From: an uncultured Gammaproteobacteria bacterium
GTDB lineage: Bacteria; Pseudomonadota; Gammaproteobacteria; JAADHQ01
DNA length: 64,000 bases
Assembly: GCA_947258655.1 (NCBI GenBank)
Contig: CAMYJD010000021.1
Span: 8,476-72,475, forward strand
Reading direction: 5' to 3'
Of the stretch, positions 9,436 to 18,562 are shown piece by piece (position 1 is the stretch's first letter; every line of letters starts with the position of its first letter). A program made the translations under genes and the position numbers. The notes under the pieces were generated by a model, which did no database searches, was not told where the DNA came from, and saw only the letters and a program-made list of their open reading frames with translations.

Positions 9436-10068
9436 TTATACAACAGTGTACCCTTCCTCGGCCAAAATTTGCCTCACGGCAGGTCGATCAAGCATTTTAT
9501 GGTAGTGACGCATGCATGCTTCGGGTAGTTTAAAATCTGTTTTATCAGCCCAGAATTCCACATAGAACAGCGCAGCATCGGCTATCGAGAAAGCGTCAGT
9601 CACATAAACATTGCCGCTTAGCATGCCGTCTATATATGCAAGCCCTGCGTTGACTATTGCCCTGCCCTGTTGCTTGACCCAATCATGATCCGACACATTC
9701 GGTGTGAATTTATCGGTGGTAAAAATACGCGCAAATCCCTGCATGTGGATAGTACCAATGACATAGCTCATCACCTCCAGCACCTTGACCTCTTCTTCTG
9801 CATTATCCGGCAACAGCTTGCTTTGCGGATATTGACGTGCAAGCCACCAGGCTATCGCCTGGAATTCTGTTAAAACTGAACCATCATCACGCACCAGTAC
9901 AGGAATAGTTGCCTTGGGATTCATTTTCAGGAATTCAGGCTGTTGATGGTCACCAGCAAGCAGATTAACAGGATAGCATTCGAAAAGAATATCCAGTTCT
10001 TGCAATAGAATATGGATTCCTGTCGAGCAGGAACCTGGTGTCATATAAAATTTTATTGTCATACTCAA
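9436..10068 (-). CDS. Glutathione S-transferase family protein
   Basis: 210 aa. It has an N-terminal thioredoxin-like GST domain (NP...IPVL..DDG..L.E..AI..WL) and a helical C-terminal domain. Confidence 0.85.
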   Translation of the reverse strand: MSMTIKFYMTPGSCSTGIHILLQELDILFECYPVNLLAGDHQQPEFLKMNPKATIPVLVRDDGSVLTEFQAIAWWLARQYPQSKLLPDNAEEEVKVLEVMSYVIGTIHMQGFARIFTTDKFTPNVSDHDWVKQQGRAIVNAGLAYIDGMLSGNVYVTDAFSIADAALFYVEFWADKTDFKLPEACMRHYHKMLDRPAVRQILAEEGYTVV

Positions 10069-10422
10069 TCAGCCAAAAAGACCATCACGCAGCATTGCCT
10101 TATATTTTTTCATCACGGGTTTTGGTATTTTTTCTTCCGCATAAAGTCGTAACGTATGTATACGTTCCTGTATGGCAGGGCCGGGCTGTCGTCGTGCCTC
10201 AGCGATAGCCTGGTGTGCCTGTGAATCAAATAACACGCCAGTACCGTCCTCTACTACATCATAGATTTGCATAATCGCAGCCTTTTCCCCGGCTAACATC
10301 TTGCACTTGCCATCGAGTATCTTAAGGACGACTGCCGTCGTGCAATCAATGGCAGTCGTATCAAAGACCTGTTCTGCGGCCCATTCAGATGCCGGATGTG
10401 TTATACCCGAATCGGCTAACAT
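10069..10422 (-). CDS. Hypothetical protein
   Basis: 117-aa ORF abutting the GST start codon, in-operon. No recognised motif. Confidence 0.5.
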   Translation of the reverse strand: MLADSGITHPASEWAAEQVFDTTAIDCTTAVVLKILDGKCKMLAGEKAAIMQIYDVVEDGTGVLFDSQAHQAIAEARRQPGPAIQERIHTLRLYAEEKIPKPVMKKYKAMLRDGLFG

Positions 10423-10435
10423 AGGGTTAATTTAC

Positions 10436-10627
10436 CTAATAGCACAATACACTCTGCAAAAATTTACTGCCGTGTTTTTCCTCGTGCGCTTTCAGATAGG
10501 CATCCAGTAACTCCTGTTCAGCACATTCCCCCAGCTCACGCATGACAGCAAGCCTGATATCGGCATCCATCAAACCACTTACAATATCAAACTCCATGGT
10601 CATACCATTGAATGTAATATCGACCAT
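10436..10627 (-). CDS. Hypothetical small protein
   Basis: 63-aa ORF, 13 nt from the next gene. No recognised motif. Confidence 0.4.
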   Translation of the reverse strand: MVDITFNGMTMEFDIVSGLMDADIRLAVMRELGECAEQELLDAYLKAHEEKHGSKFLQSVLCY

Positions 10628-10676
10628 TATCGGTTCCCCCCAAATCTTAAAGTAAATTAAACCCCGTCAAGATCCA

Positions 10677-12368
10677 CTAGTATTCCATACCACGGAACAT
10701 GGAACAGCGTTTGTAAACATCGAGTAGCGGCAATGTGTTTTTGTGTTGACAGAACTTGGCCACCAGTTTGGTCAACCCCTTGATATCGCGACCAGTTGCT
10801 TCGGGAAACAGGTCAACCAGTTCATCTATTAGTGTATCTCCAACATCCAGTGAGAACTGCTTACTCATCACCTGCCATATCTTGCGACGCTCTTGCTGAT
10901 TGGGGGGATGGTATTTAATCATTGCTATACAACGCGAGATTATGGCTTCATCGATATCATCAGCACGATTTGTAGTCAGAAACAACAGTCCGTTAAAATA
11001 TTCCAGTACACGCAAAAAAACACCGACCACTGCATTCGCGGCAATATTATCATCGCGTCGCTTGATATAGACATCGGCCTCATCGATCAGCATCACGGCA
11101 CCCCAACGTTGCGCACGAGTCAACGTGTCCTTCAATGCATTTTCCATCTCGGCAACGTTCAGACCCAGTTGTCCCGAATGCACCCGGTACAGGGGCCGCT
11201 TGATAATCTCCGAGTAGACTTCCGCAGTCAGCGTTTTTCCGACACCTGCAGGCCCCGCACATAATACGGTTGTACCACCGGATTTCCCAGCAACGATATC
11301 ATCCATCAGCACATCCATTTCTGCCGTCAGGATATCTATCAGGTCTGTGTGTTCCTCTGGAAGGATCAGTTTGTCCTTGAGTGCCGGCATGTACCGATAG
11401 GGCTTGATATCATCCACATGCACCCATAAGTGATGGTGCAATTCCAGATGAAACATCAGGATATAGGCATGAACAGGTAACTCGGTAAACATGCCCTTCG
11501 GGATATTCTCCCTGGATGCCTCTACCCTGCTTTCAACCTTCTCATCGTATCGTGTGCTCTTGCCGGCTTTACGCAAATAGGTACTGAGGATTTCCCCTGA
11601 ACCTTCAAAACCAAGCACTCTTGCACCCAGAATATTTTCGTCATTAACCAATCGAGCGTTATTTCCGCTGGATGACAGAACAACTATGTTTTTACGTGAC
11701 CAGTCTGTATTGCGATGCGACGCAGTGGGATCTTCCGCATAATAACCGGTACCTTTCCCTGAAAACTGTTTTCCATACTCTGCACGCCAGGAAAAATAGC
11801 GTTCACTGGCTTCATCATAAGCGTGAATCAATTCACGGGTTTCTTTTAAATAGCCCTTGTGTGCAAATATCTCACTCAGGGTCCTGCCATCAATATCCCT
11901 GCTACGAATAATTATATTCTCTATGGCGATCTTGCCGCGAGAGTTTGCTTTAATTTCAAGCAGGATACGTCCCGACTCTTCTTCACCCGGCGGCGAATAA
12001 TCCAACCTGGTTATGACATAAGCAATGGGTTTGGCCGATGTATTGGCCCTGAAAAGCCAGCCACGTATACCGCCTTCCAGCAGGTATTCTGCAATGGCAG
12101 AGATCAACAGCTCAAGATCATCAGCGCGATAACGCTGTTGGTCTTCATTCAAGGCTTTCTGTAATGTACTGATTTGAGCAGCTCGCGCCTGCATGCCGGG
12201 GCCGGCCTGCTCGTATATATTTTGCAAATAGGCCAGTTCCTGGTGAGACAGCTGATTAAATGTAACTTCGGCATGATTACCAAAACGCAACTGCTCCTTC
12301 AGAACAGTCAGATCAGGGAACTGTTCAAGCATAATGTCGATATAGGGACGTTCAATTTGTAGCTTCAT
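10677..12368 (-). CDS. AAA+ ATPase with a large uncharacterised N-terminal region
   Basis: 563 aa. The C-terminal classical AAA module has Walker A GPAGVGKT, Walker B MLIDEAD and second region of homology TTNRADDIDEAIISR. The first ~330 aa have no recognisable motif. Confidence 0.85.
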   Translation of the reverse strand: MKLQIERPYIDIMLEQFPDLTVLKEQLRFGNHAEVTFNQLSHQELAYLQNIYEQAGPGMQARAAQISTLQKALNEDQQRYRADDLELLISAIAEYLLEGGIRGWLFRANTSAKPIAYVITRLDYSPPGEEESGRILLEIKANSRGKIAIENIIIRSRDIDGRTLSEIFAHKGYLKETRELIHAYDEASERYFSWRAEYGKQFSGKGTGYYAEDPTASHRNTDWSRKNIVVLSSSGNNARLVNDENILGARVLGFEGSGEILSTYLRKAGKSTRYDEKVESRVEASRENIPKGMFTELPVHAYILMFHLELHHHLWVHVDDIKPYRYMPALKDKLILPEEHTDLIDILTAEMDVLMDDIVAGKSGGTTVLCAGPAGVGKTLTAEVYSEIIKRPLYRVHSGQLGLNVAEMENALKDTLTRAQRWGAVMLIDEADVYIKRRDDNIAANAVVGVFLRVLEYFNGLLFLTTNRADDIDEAIISRCIAMIKYHPPNQQERRKIWQVMSKQFSLDVGDTLIDELVDLFPEATGRDIKGLTKLVAKFCQHKNTLPLLDVYKRCSMFRGMEY

Positions 12369-12386
12369 TGGCTTTACCGATACTCT

Positions 12387-12689
12387 CTACTGTGCTTCAC
12401 TGGCACATCCCTGGCTGTCGAATACCAGCGTGCGTGGCATCTCATCGCCTTCTAACAGTATTGCCTTTTCCAGCACACCTTGCTGGTTATACTCATAATG
12501 ATGAATGAATTCGATTTCGCCATAGACGACCTTCTCAATGATTTTTACACGATCATGATCGTCATAATAGGCCTTGAAATAAGTAATTCGGTTATCCAGT
12601 CCATCACTATCCAGCTCATTGACCAGTAGCAATGGTAATTTTATCCCGGTATAGGAAATAAAATAACGACAGTTTGATTCAGATTCCAC
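12387..12689 (-). CDS. Hypothetical protein
   Basis: 100-aa ORF overlapping the upstream NifX-like gene by 11 nt. Confidence 0.5.
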   Translation of the reverse strand: MESESNCRYFISYTGIKLPLLLVNELDSDGLDNRITYFKAYYDDHDRVKIIEKVVYGEIEFIHHYEYNQQGVLEKAILLEGDEMPRTLVFDSQGCASEAQ

Positions 12690-13038
12690 TTATCCTGTCT
12701 CCGTCATTTGTTATATAGTCCAGTAGCGATGGTTCTATTTCCTCCCAGGCATATTGTGAAACTGCCGTTATCCCGCGTTGCGCCAGTTTTTCTGACGGAC
12801 TATCACCAATCTTGGCGACAAATACGGCATTACAGTCCTTGATAGATTCAAGAATACCGCTCAATGCACTTTTATCTGAGTGGCCACCAAGACAGTAATG
12901 ACTCACCTCACGTTTCTCCAGTAATTGACATACCTGATTTGTCACTTCATAAATAAAAAATTGTTTCGCATGACCAAAATGTTCACTAATAGCCAGTCCT
13001 TCCTTGCTGGCAACAGCAATACGCGTGACACATCTCAT
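12679..13038 (-). CDS. NifX/NifB-C-terminal-like dinitrogenase cofactor-binding domain protein
   Basis: 119 aa. IAVAS......SEHFGHAK.F.IYEV is the hallmark opening of the NifX/NafY/NifB-C domain. Confidence 0.8.
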   Translation of the reverse strand: MRCVTRIAVASKEGLAISEHFGHAKQFFIYEVTNQVCQLLEKREVSHYCLGGHSDKSALSGILESIKDCNAVFVAKIGDSPSEKLAQRGITAVSQYAWEEIEPSLLDYITNDGDRISGI

Positions 13039-14411
13039 ACCGGCAAGGCCTCGTCAAGCAGCACCGCAAGATGTACCGATGAGCGTTGCACTCCTTCGCT
13101 AATCTGATGGCGACAGGAAAAACCATTGGCGACTACACGTGCGTCCGGCGTTTTCCTGAGCGCTGGTAATAATGCATCTTCTGCCATTTGCATGGAGATA
13201 TCTGCGTGTTCTTTTTCGATGCCGAAACTACCGGCCATGCCACAACAACTGGCTTCTATGATTTCAAACTTCAGTTCCGGTATCATTTTTAATACCTTAC
13301 GCATGGACTTCATCGCGCCCACTGCCTTTTGATGACAATGACCATGTACCATTAGGGGCACATCTGTATTGATGGATTCAAAATTCAGCTTGAAACGTTT
13401 AGCCTGTGTTTCCCTTGCGATAAACTCCTCGAACATAACGGCATGACTGGCCACCTTGTCAACAGCAGCACCCAGATCGAGAAATTTATAGTCATCACGT
13501 ATAGCCAGCAGGCAGGATGGTTCAAGTCCAATAATCAGTCGACCCGCTTCGACGTGAGGCAACAATGCTTCCAGCATTCGATAGGCATTTTTTCTGGCTG
13601 CTTCTACCAGACCATGAGCCAGTTGCGTGCGACCGCAACATAATGGCGGGTTGGCATCAACATGGTCGGGATTATGATCTACGATGTGGACGACGTACCC
13701 CGCCTTGTTCAGAACACGAATCGCCGCTTCGGCGTTTTCAGGACAGAAATTATTGGTGAAGGTATCCAGCAACAACGCCACTTCACCAGCAAGCGGCAGG
13801 TCATTAATGATTTGCTGAGGGTGACTTGTTTTGTTTACGTGTCGTTTTTCGAAGCTGTGCTGTGCTAATTCCGGTAATTTACGTTTTGCACTCAGTCCCA
13901 GCAACAACTCTGCGAGGCGTGATAACAGCCGCGAACGGTTCAGAACAGTAGGCAGGTATCTGAAACAACCGTAGTACTGCAAATTGGCTGACAGGTTGGC
14001 CAGAAGTCGTGTGCGCAAGCTTGGCTTGCTGTGCAGATAATGCTGGGCAAGATACTCGATCTTCATCATGGACATATCGACTTCACTTTCGCACTCGCGT
14101 TTACAGCCTTTACAGGCCACGCAAAGGTCCATTGCATCTGCCAACATAAGATCAGTAAACGGTGAATCACCCAGACCACCATTCAATGCGGCCTTCAATA
14201 AACGTATGCGGCCGCCTGTCGAGTACGGAACCTTACCAGTCACTCGAAAGCTGGGACACATGACACCCTTGCGCTTTTCTTCGCAGCGATGACTATTGAT
14301 ACATACAGAAACAGCCCTGGCGAAATCACCGCCTGTCTTCGGGATATCGGCATAGGCATCGCCCATACCTGCATCCCGGTAAGCCGTCCAGTCGAGAAAG
14401 GTTTTCATCAC
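13035..14411 (-). CDS. (Fe-S)-binding oxidoreductase with CCG domains (GlcF/HdrD/GlpC-like)
   Basis: 458 aa. Two 4Fe-4S-like Cys clusters (C..SHRCE....MCP; CVACKGCKRECE) and two CCG-type motifs (LEPSC......; HGHCHQKA; ASCCGMAGSFG). Confidence 0.8.
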   Translation of the reverse strand: MMKTFLDWTAYRDAGMGDAYADIPKTGGDFARAVSVCINSHRCEEKRKGVMCPSFRVTGKVPYSTGGRIRLLKAALNGGLGDSPFTDLMLADAMDLCVACKGCKRECESEVDMSMMKIEYLAQHYLHSKPSLRTRLLANLSANLQYYGCFRYLPTVLNRSRLLSRLAELLLGLSAKRKLPELAQHSFEKRHVNKTSHPQQIINDLPLAGEVALLLDTFTNNFCPENAEAAIRVLNKAGYVVHIVDHNPDHVDANPPLCCGRTQLAHGLVEAARKNAYRMLEALLPHVEAGRLIIGLEPSCLLAIRDDYKFLDLGAAVDKVASHAVMFEEFIARETQAKRFKLNFESINTDVPLMVHGHCHQKAVGAMKSMRKVLKMIPELKFEIIEASCCGMAGSFGIEKEHADISMQMAEDALLPALRKTPDARVVANGFSCRHQISEGVQRSSVHLAVLLDEALPV

Positions 14412-14422
14412 TTGAGGCCGTA

Positions 14423-14983
14423 TTAGACTGCCCCCCAGGCTTCACGTACGATATCTTCAGTTGACGCCATTGCCTCATCCAGTGTCACTTGCGGATATTT
14501 CGGATCGTAGCTTTGCATTTCAGTATACAAGGTCAGTATCTTGTCAGCTGGCGACTGTCCTTTGAAATCACTCTTTTCAAGTGCCAGTTCATCAATAATC
14601 TCATTCCATGGCACACCCTGGGTCAAAGGAATGAACACAAACTTGAAGCCATCGATGTCCACCTGCATCGGATCCTTGATATTGACAACGAAAAATACGT
14701 TCTTTATGTCTGCTGCAAAGTCTTCCTTGTACTTATTGATAAAAGTCTGGACGGATTCCAGCTTATCAATTGCGCCAATGACCATATTTAACTTGTTATC
14801 TGCTAACATCGTGACACCGCGGACAACATCGAGCGGAGGTTTGGCATGACCTTTTGCGTCCGCTGCCTCGCCTTCAACCAGTACAAGCTCACCGCGATAA
14901 CCATACATTGAGCCATCGCTCGTCTGCTCCAGGAAATTGGAATTGAACAGTAAACCACTGTCTTTATATTTTGCTAATGGCAC
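14423..14983 (-). CDS. Hypothetical protein, first gene of the sigma-54 operon
   Basis: 186-aa ORF with a GTG start preceded by GAGGG. No recognised motif. Confidence 0.6.
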   Translation of the reverse strand: MPLAKYKDSGLLFNSNFLEQTSDGSMYGYRGELVLVEGEAADAKGHAKPPLDVVRGVTMLADNKLNMVIGAIDKLESVQTFINKYKEDFAADIKNVFFVVNIKDPMQVDIDGFKFVFIPLTQGVPWNEIIDELALEKSDFKGQSPADKILTLYTEMQSYDPKYPQVTLDEAMASTEDIVREAWGAV

Positions 14984-15022
14984 GTCTTGACCCTCATTAA
15001 ATTTTCACTCTGTTTTTTACAG

Positions 15023-15038
15023 GGCAATATTCATACCA
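15023..15038 (-). promoter_or_regulatory. Sigma-54 promoter (TGGTAT-N5-TTGCC) for the 14983->9043 operon
   Basis: Minus strand reads TGGTATGAATATTGCC with GG-N10-GC spacing, 40 nt upstream of the GTG. Confidence 0.5.
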
Positions 15039-15112
15039 CAACAAGGACAAATTAAAATACAAATAAAAACAGTATATTAGAGTTTTGCGTAACAGATATC
15101 GCAATGATTATT

Positions 15113-15128
15113 TGTAATGAACACGACA
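15113..15128. promoter_or_regulatory. NifA-type UAS shared by divergent promoters
   Basis: TGTAATGAACACGACA lies 75-90 nt from the minus-strand -24 and about 95 nt from the plus-strand -24. Confidence 0.55.
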
Positions 15129-15221
15129 ATGAGCAATACATGATACGAAACCCTCCCAAAGCATAATCCAGAGGTTTTACTTAGTCTTTGATTTCAATAG
15201 CTATTGAATTTTATGTTCGAT

Positions 15222-15237
15222 TGGTTTGATTCTTGCT
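15222..15237 (+). promoter_or_regulatory. Sigma-54 promoter (TGGTTT-N5-TTGCT) for orf140-nifF
   Basis: GG-N10-GC spacing. It lies inside the annotated 15204 ORF extension, which argues for the ATG at 15291. Confidence 0.5.
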
Positions 15238-15290
15238 CTATTAACATTACTTGCAAGCGCAAGACTGTAATCTACGGAGGAAGGTGCACT

Positions 15291-15713
15291 ATGAGTCTTT
15301 ATATCAGTATCAATACTGCCAGTTCATCGCTTTCTGACAGTCCGATTGATCAGGCCATTACATTCCTGGCCGCACATGCCGCTATTGAGAAACAACATGG
15401 CCGACTGCCGGGTGGACCATCACTGGATGTTACGTTTATGTTACCAGGCGAACATGAATCACCCTCTTTCGTCGGTATGCGCATGGGGGGTTACACCAGA
15501 GAAAGCGAGACACTGTTTTTTGAAACAGCCGTGCCTGAACATATCCTGAAGTCCCCGGAAGCCACACGCTATGTTGCTGTGGTTATGCAGGATGTCGTTG
15601 AACATGCACATGAGTTCTTTAGCGAGAATAATGTCAAATTTGATACACAGCACTGGCGCAAGACCATCGAGAACCTGACCAGACCGGAACAGGCCATCAG
15701 AGTGGCGCATTAG
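15291..15713 (+). CDS. Hypothetical protein
   Basis: 140 aa from MSLYISIN, with GGAGGA 8 nt upstream. No recognised motif. Confidence 0.55.
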   Translation: MSLYISINTASSSLSDSPIDQAITFLAAHAAIEKQHGRLPGGPSLDVTFMLPGEHESPSFVGMRMGGYTRESETLFFETAVPEHILKSPEATRYVAVVMQDVVEHAHEFFSENNVKFDTQHWRKTIENLTRPEQAIRVAH

Positions 15714-15740
15714 CCAAGTACAATCAAGAGGATTCGTTTA

Positions 15741-16316
15741 ATGAACACAATAGGCATTTTTTTTGGTACTGATACCGGCACCACACGACTGATGGCGAAA
15801 AAGATGGCCAAGGTTCTCGGTGATGCTGCCAGCAAGCCGCTGAATGTCAACCGCATCAATGTTGATGACATGCTTCAATATGATTCACTTATCCTGGGGA
15901 CGCCCAGTTATGGTATTGGTGACCTGCCTGGTGTTGCGACCGGTATCAAGTCCGGTAGCTGGGAGGAGTTTATCCCGCAACTGCAGGGTATTGACCTGAC
16001 TGGTAAGCGGATTGCCCTGTATGGTCTCGGTAACCAGGATAAATATCCCGATCGATTTGCCGATTCCTTGTTTAAACTATATGAAAAACTGTCAGGTCTG
16101 GGTGCTGAAATCATTGGCAACTGGCCCACCGATGGCTATGAATTTGAACATTCAATGTCAGTTATTGATGACAAATTTATTGGTCTGATTATCGATCAGA
16201 ATAATCAGGCCTTACTCACAGAAGAGCGGATAAAAAACTGGTTACTACAGATTGCTCCGGCTTTAATGGATAATATTACGATCAATTCTGCGTATGACCT
16301 TGCTGGCCACAATTGA
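15741..16316 (+). CDS. nifF: Long-chain flavodoxin (NifF-type)
   Basis: 191 aa. IGIFFGTDTGTT FMN phosphate loop and long-chain insertion. nif context. Confidence 0.85.
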   Translation: MNTIGIFFGTDTGTTRLMAKKMAKVLGDAASKPLNVNRINVDDMLQYDSLILGTPSYGIGDLPGVATGIKSGSWEEFIPQLQGIDLTGKRIALYGLGNQDKYPDRFADSLFKLYEKLSGLGAEIIGNWPTDGYEFEHSMSVIDDKFIGLIIDQNNQALLTEERIKNWLLQIAPALMDNITINSAYDLAGHN

Positions 16317-16330
16317 CGAACCAGAGCCGG

Positions 16331-17284
16331 TTAATGCCTGGCATCCCACAGGCGTTTGAAATGACTATCCAGTTTTGACAGCTCGGAATCCAGCGTCAAC
16401 AAATCTGCTTTACCGGGAAAACGTCCCGCCATATTGGCGGCGTACCAGGATTCCATTTCACGCTTCTTCTGTTCACGACGGTATACCGTGTCAGATATGG
16501 CCGTTTTGATCCAGCCCATTTCCCTTGCGCCCAAATCTGCCACACAATACTGGACACCTGTGTCAAAGATCCTGGTTCCACCTCCTTCGGCTATCGTTGC
16601 CTTGAGAGCAACAGGATCGGTAACCCTTACTCCGGCAAGATAGTCCACCCCAAACTCTTCCAATTCAGCTATCCAGGGTGTAGTTGGCCCCATTAAGACC
16701 AGGTTGGCATCCTGGGAAAGTTCAGCCAGACGCTTGAATGTCTTGTTCACGATGGAGGTCGAAGTCAGAAAGACCCAGTCGGCATCGCGTAAAACATATT
16801 CTGCAGCCGTATCAGGCAAATCTCCCGGGGACGGTTGGCGCTCCACAACCGTATAATCTATCCCGGATAGGCAATGATCCAGGCCGGGGTAGCGGCCGAT
16901 CACGACCACCCGTTTCCCCTGCAATTGATTTCGAAAATATTCGAAGACAGCCAGGTTAGCAGGCCCTTCCGGCTTCAGAACCTGTGCATCTTCCAGTAAA
17001 TTGCTGGACTGGTTCAATACAGAGTTAATGACTGACATACCTATAGTGGATTTATACGGATTCCAGTCTCGGATCCAGGCAGCCACTTCACTGGTCTTTC
17101 TGCCTTGCAAGGTTCCCGGCCATTCCAGTGTACGGCTTGAGAGTCCATTTCCATTTACCGGACTCATACACAAACCTATCCCTTCCGACCTGCAATAAGT
17201 CCAGGTAAGCCCGAGAACAACTTCTTCGATGCTTTGCTCATCCGGCAGAGCATCCAGTAAAAGATCATAGATTTCTTCCTTCAC
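16331..17284 (-). CDS. DUF4213/DUF364 Rossmann-like putative metal-chelation protein
   Basis: 317 aa. The N-terminus (V.LGL.WT......G.GL.MSP) followed by V.VIG..PG resembles the DUF4213+DUF364 architecture, plus a ~70-aa C-terminal extension. Confidence 0.6.
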   Translation of the reverse strand: MKEEIYDLLLDALPDEQSIEEVVLGLTWTYCRSEGIGLCMSPVNGNGLSSRTLEWPGTLQGRKTSEVAAWIRDWNPYKSTIGMSVINSVLNQSSNLLEDAQVLKPEGPANLAVFEYFRNQLQGKRVVVIGRYPGLDHCLSGIDYTVVERQPSPGDLPDTAAEYVLRDADWVFLTSTSIVNKTFKRLAELSQDANLVLMGPTTPWIAELEEFGVDYLAGVRVTDPVALKATIAEGGGTRIFDTGVQYCVADLGAREMGWIKTAISDTVYRREQKKREMESWYAANMAGRFPGKADLLTLDSELSKLDSHFKRLWDARH

Positions 17285-17313
17285 TTGACTTCCCTCACCT
17301 ATGTAGTATTTTA

Positions 17314-17685
17314 TTAACCGATAGCGGGCAACAGTTTTGGTTCGCTTTTGACCACAGACTCGTTACCCCAGACCGCGATGCCTTCTACAAACCACTGGCT
17401 TTTCTGCGGATGCAACCTTACGACATCGTATTCCGCATAAAAAGTTCCATCAACATTAAACAGTATTTCTCCACACTTTTGCCCTTTATTGTTCCGCCAT
17501 GTGCCCATGAGCGTATTTTTACCGCTCAAGGAATCAGGGCTAAGTATATAGTCTGCCTCATCCAGTACAGGACTTTTGATTTCCGTATTCAGTCCAAGCT
17601 TATCGATTTCAGCCTGAACCGCATTGCAGATCGCATTGCCTGTTACACGAACTTTTTCCAGGTGTTCCCGGATGTCGTTATTCAT
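17314..17685 (-). CDS. Hypothetical protein
   Basis: 123-aa ORF overlapping the upstream gene by 4 nt. Confidence 0.5.
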   Translation of the reverse strand: MNNDIREHLEKVRVTGNAICNAVQAEIDKLGLNTEIKSPVLDEADYILSPDSLSGKNTLMGTWRNNKGQKCGEILFNVDGTFYAEYDVVRLHPQKSQWFVEGIAVWGNESVVKSEPKLLPAIG

Positions 17686-18167
17686 AAACCCTCTGCCAGT
17701 GACATGATAACTGAAGCACCCGTACTGTCCTGCGGGTCCAGTTGCTTGAGTTTCTGCAGAAGCTTTTCCGCGCTTTCGCGCCTGCCGCGGCGCAACTTGA
17801 TAAAAGCAAGTGCCTTGAGACTATAGAGATATACACGTGCAGGACCCTGTTCCCTACTCCAGTCTGTGCTCGCTGCTGTCAGGAATTCCCAGTCCGTTGC
17901 AAATCCACCTTTTTCCGATGCCATCTTCAGGGCATTGAGCACCACTTCCTCGGCCTCATCTATATGTCCACGATAGAAACAGAATTTATACAATGCTATG
18001 TATACCTCAAGCTGAAAGGGAGCGATTTCCATTGCCTGGTACAATAGTGAACGTGTCCGATTAAAATCAGCAGCACTGGCGACCGCTTCCTGCAACAATG
18101 TATTGATTTCTGTCGGGATATCCCTTCCGAAACTTACCCTTTCATTGAGAACACCAACCGCTTGCAT
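17682..18167 (-). CDS. Hypothetical helical (TPR-like) protein
   Basis: 161 aa with helical-repeat-like composition. No firm motif. Confidence 0.45.
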   Translation of the reverse strand: MQAVGVLNERVSFGRDIPTEINTLLQEAVASAADFNRTRSLLYQAMEIAPFQLEVYIALYKFCFYRGHIDEAEEVVLNALKMASEKGGFATDWEFLTAASTDWSREQGPARVYLYSLKALAFIKLRRGRRESAEKLLQKLKQLDPQDSTGASVIMSLAEGL

Positions 18168-18169
18168 TA

Positions 18170-18496
18170 TTAACTCCAGAATTCCTTGTCAACAAGTAAA
18201 CTTTCAACCGGTTTATCTTCCAGCAGATGTTCATCAAAAATAGTGGCTACATCTTCTTTCTTTACACCACCATACATGACACCCTCTGGATACACCAATA
18301 CACTAGGGCCCTCACTACACGGCCCCATACAACCTGTAGCAGTCACCTGGAATCGGTTGAATAGTTCTCTTTGTTGAACTTGCCATAGAAATTCTTCCAT
18401 AATTTCTGCACATTTTTTCTCTCCACACGAACTCCTCGGGTGACCCATGGGTCGTGACTGGGTACATACAAATACGTGTTTCTCTGGTTTTGGCAT
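18170..18496 (-). CDS. Thioredoxin-like [2Fe-2S] ferredoxin
   Basis: 108 aa. HVFVC....R.......C....; GCMGPC..GP.V.VYP are typical of thioredoxin-like 2Fe-2S ferredoxins found in nif clusters. Confidence 0.8.
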   Translation of the reverse strand: MPKPEKHVFVCTQSRPMGHPRSSCGEKKCAEIMEEFLWQVQQRELFNRFQVTATGCMGPCSEGPSVLVYPEGVMYGGVKKEDVATIFDEHLLEDKPVESLLVDKEFWS

Positions 18497-18562
18497 CGAT
18501 ATCTCCTGCCTTTTTTACAGACCATATTGATCTATAGTCTAAATAATGTCTTGAAAACTATA

